A stretch of 45,545 nucleotides of DNA, from contig JAUVJO010000002.1 of assembly GCA_030592345.1 (NCBI GenBank), positions 1 to 45,545 on the forward strand, read 5' to 3'. Shown one piece after another: positions 45,207 to 45,545 of the stretch. How positions within the stretch are numbered: the stretch's first letter is position 1; the number at the start of each line of letters is the position of its first letter. Made by a program: the position numbers and the translations under genes. Source of the DNA: Deltaproteobacteria bacterium (lineage in GTDB: Bacteria > Desulfobacterota > Desulfobacteria > Desulfobacterales > C00003060). The notes below the pieces were generated by a model. That model saw only the letters and a program-made list of their open reading frames with translations. It was not told the DNA's origin and did no database searches.

Positions 45207-45545
45207 AAAGGGCAGAGGAATGAAAATCTCCTTGTTCGGCGCTCCGTGCCTCACAACCAGCGGATTCAGCAGACTCGGCTTCACTAATTTCAGGCAGTTC
45301 AGGCTTGTTTCTTGCTGAAATGGTTATCCAGTAAGGCTTTCAGCCTAACCAGAAGGATTTCGAGCAAGCTTTAAGTAGAAACAGGGGTCGGAAGTTGAAA
45401 CGGTTCACTCAAATTTGAAATGTCGAGTAGACCGGTTTCTTCAAGCAACCAGATCGTGAAACGTCTTAGACTACGCCTCGCCGCACGCGGCTACAACATA
45501 TCATAAGATCACATCACCGTGGGTACTTGTTGGCCCCGGCCCCTC

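Overview
This 45.5-kb window looks like an anaerobe chromosome. The gene content suggests a sulfate-reducing Desulfobacterota/Desulfobacterales-like organism, but that is an inference, not a database result.

Positions 1-34.5 kb are mostly minus-strand housekeeping and energy genes:
- two paralogous secreted FN3/TSP3-repeat adhesin-like proteins
- PBP1A, a CBS-domain protein, a tandem USP and RecN
- CooC and AcsV (the RACo corrinoid activator), pyruvate:ferredoxin oxidoreductase and SucCD
- an ArsB/NhaD-type permease, superoxide reductase and Mrp/NBP35
- a NifX-like/DUF5320 cluster, TrkAH, HtpX and ClpB

Positions 34.9-44 kb are a plus-strand accessory block, and I consider it the most interesting part. 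It encodes a lipoprotein translationally coupled to an ECF sigma factor, a zf-HC2 anti-sigma in which I see no transmembrane segment, and a membrane-anchored CHAT (caspase-fold) protease. The periplasmic tail of the CHAT protein resembles the lipoprotein C-terminus. These are followed by an outer-membrane beta-barrel gene with a good sigma-54 promoter, and by cysteine-rich secreted proteins. A conserved 22-nt box occurs three times in this block, twice ahead of a cysteine-rich secreted-protein gene.

Other notable features:
- Most intergenic spacers are filled with short-period (7-14 nt) tandem 'word' repeats, some abutting start codons.
- There is a 222-bp MITE with a 20-bp TIR and an 8-bp TSD, plus partial copies elsewhere.
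- The trkH leader forms a 25-bp helix that sequesters the Shine-Dalgarno sequence.
- The 22.5-27.4 kb segment contains gene remnants (fbaB, minD-type, mrp-like, sigma-54 activator, and possibly htpX) bracketed by 68-bp direct repeats.

I recognised no rRNA, tRNA or CRISPR array. All functional calls come from motif recognition by eye, with no searches run.
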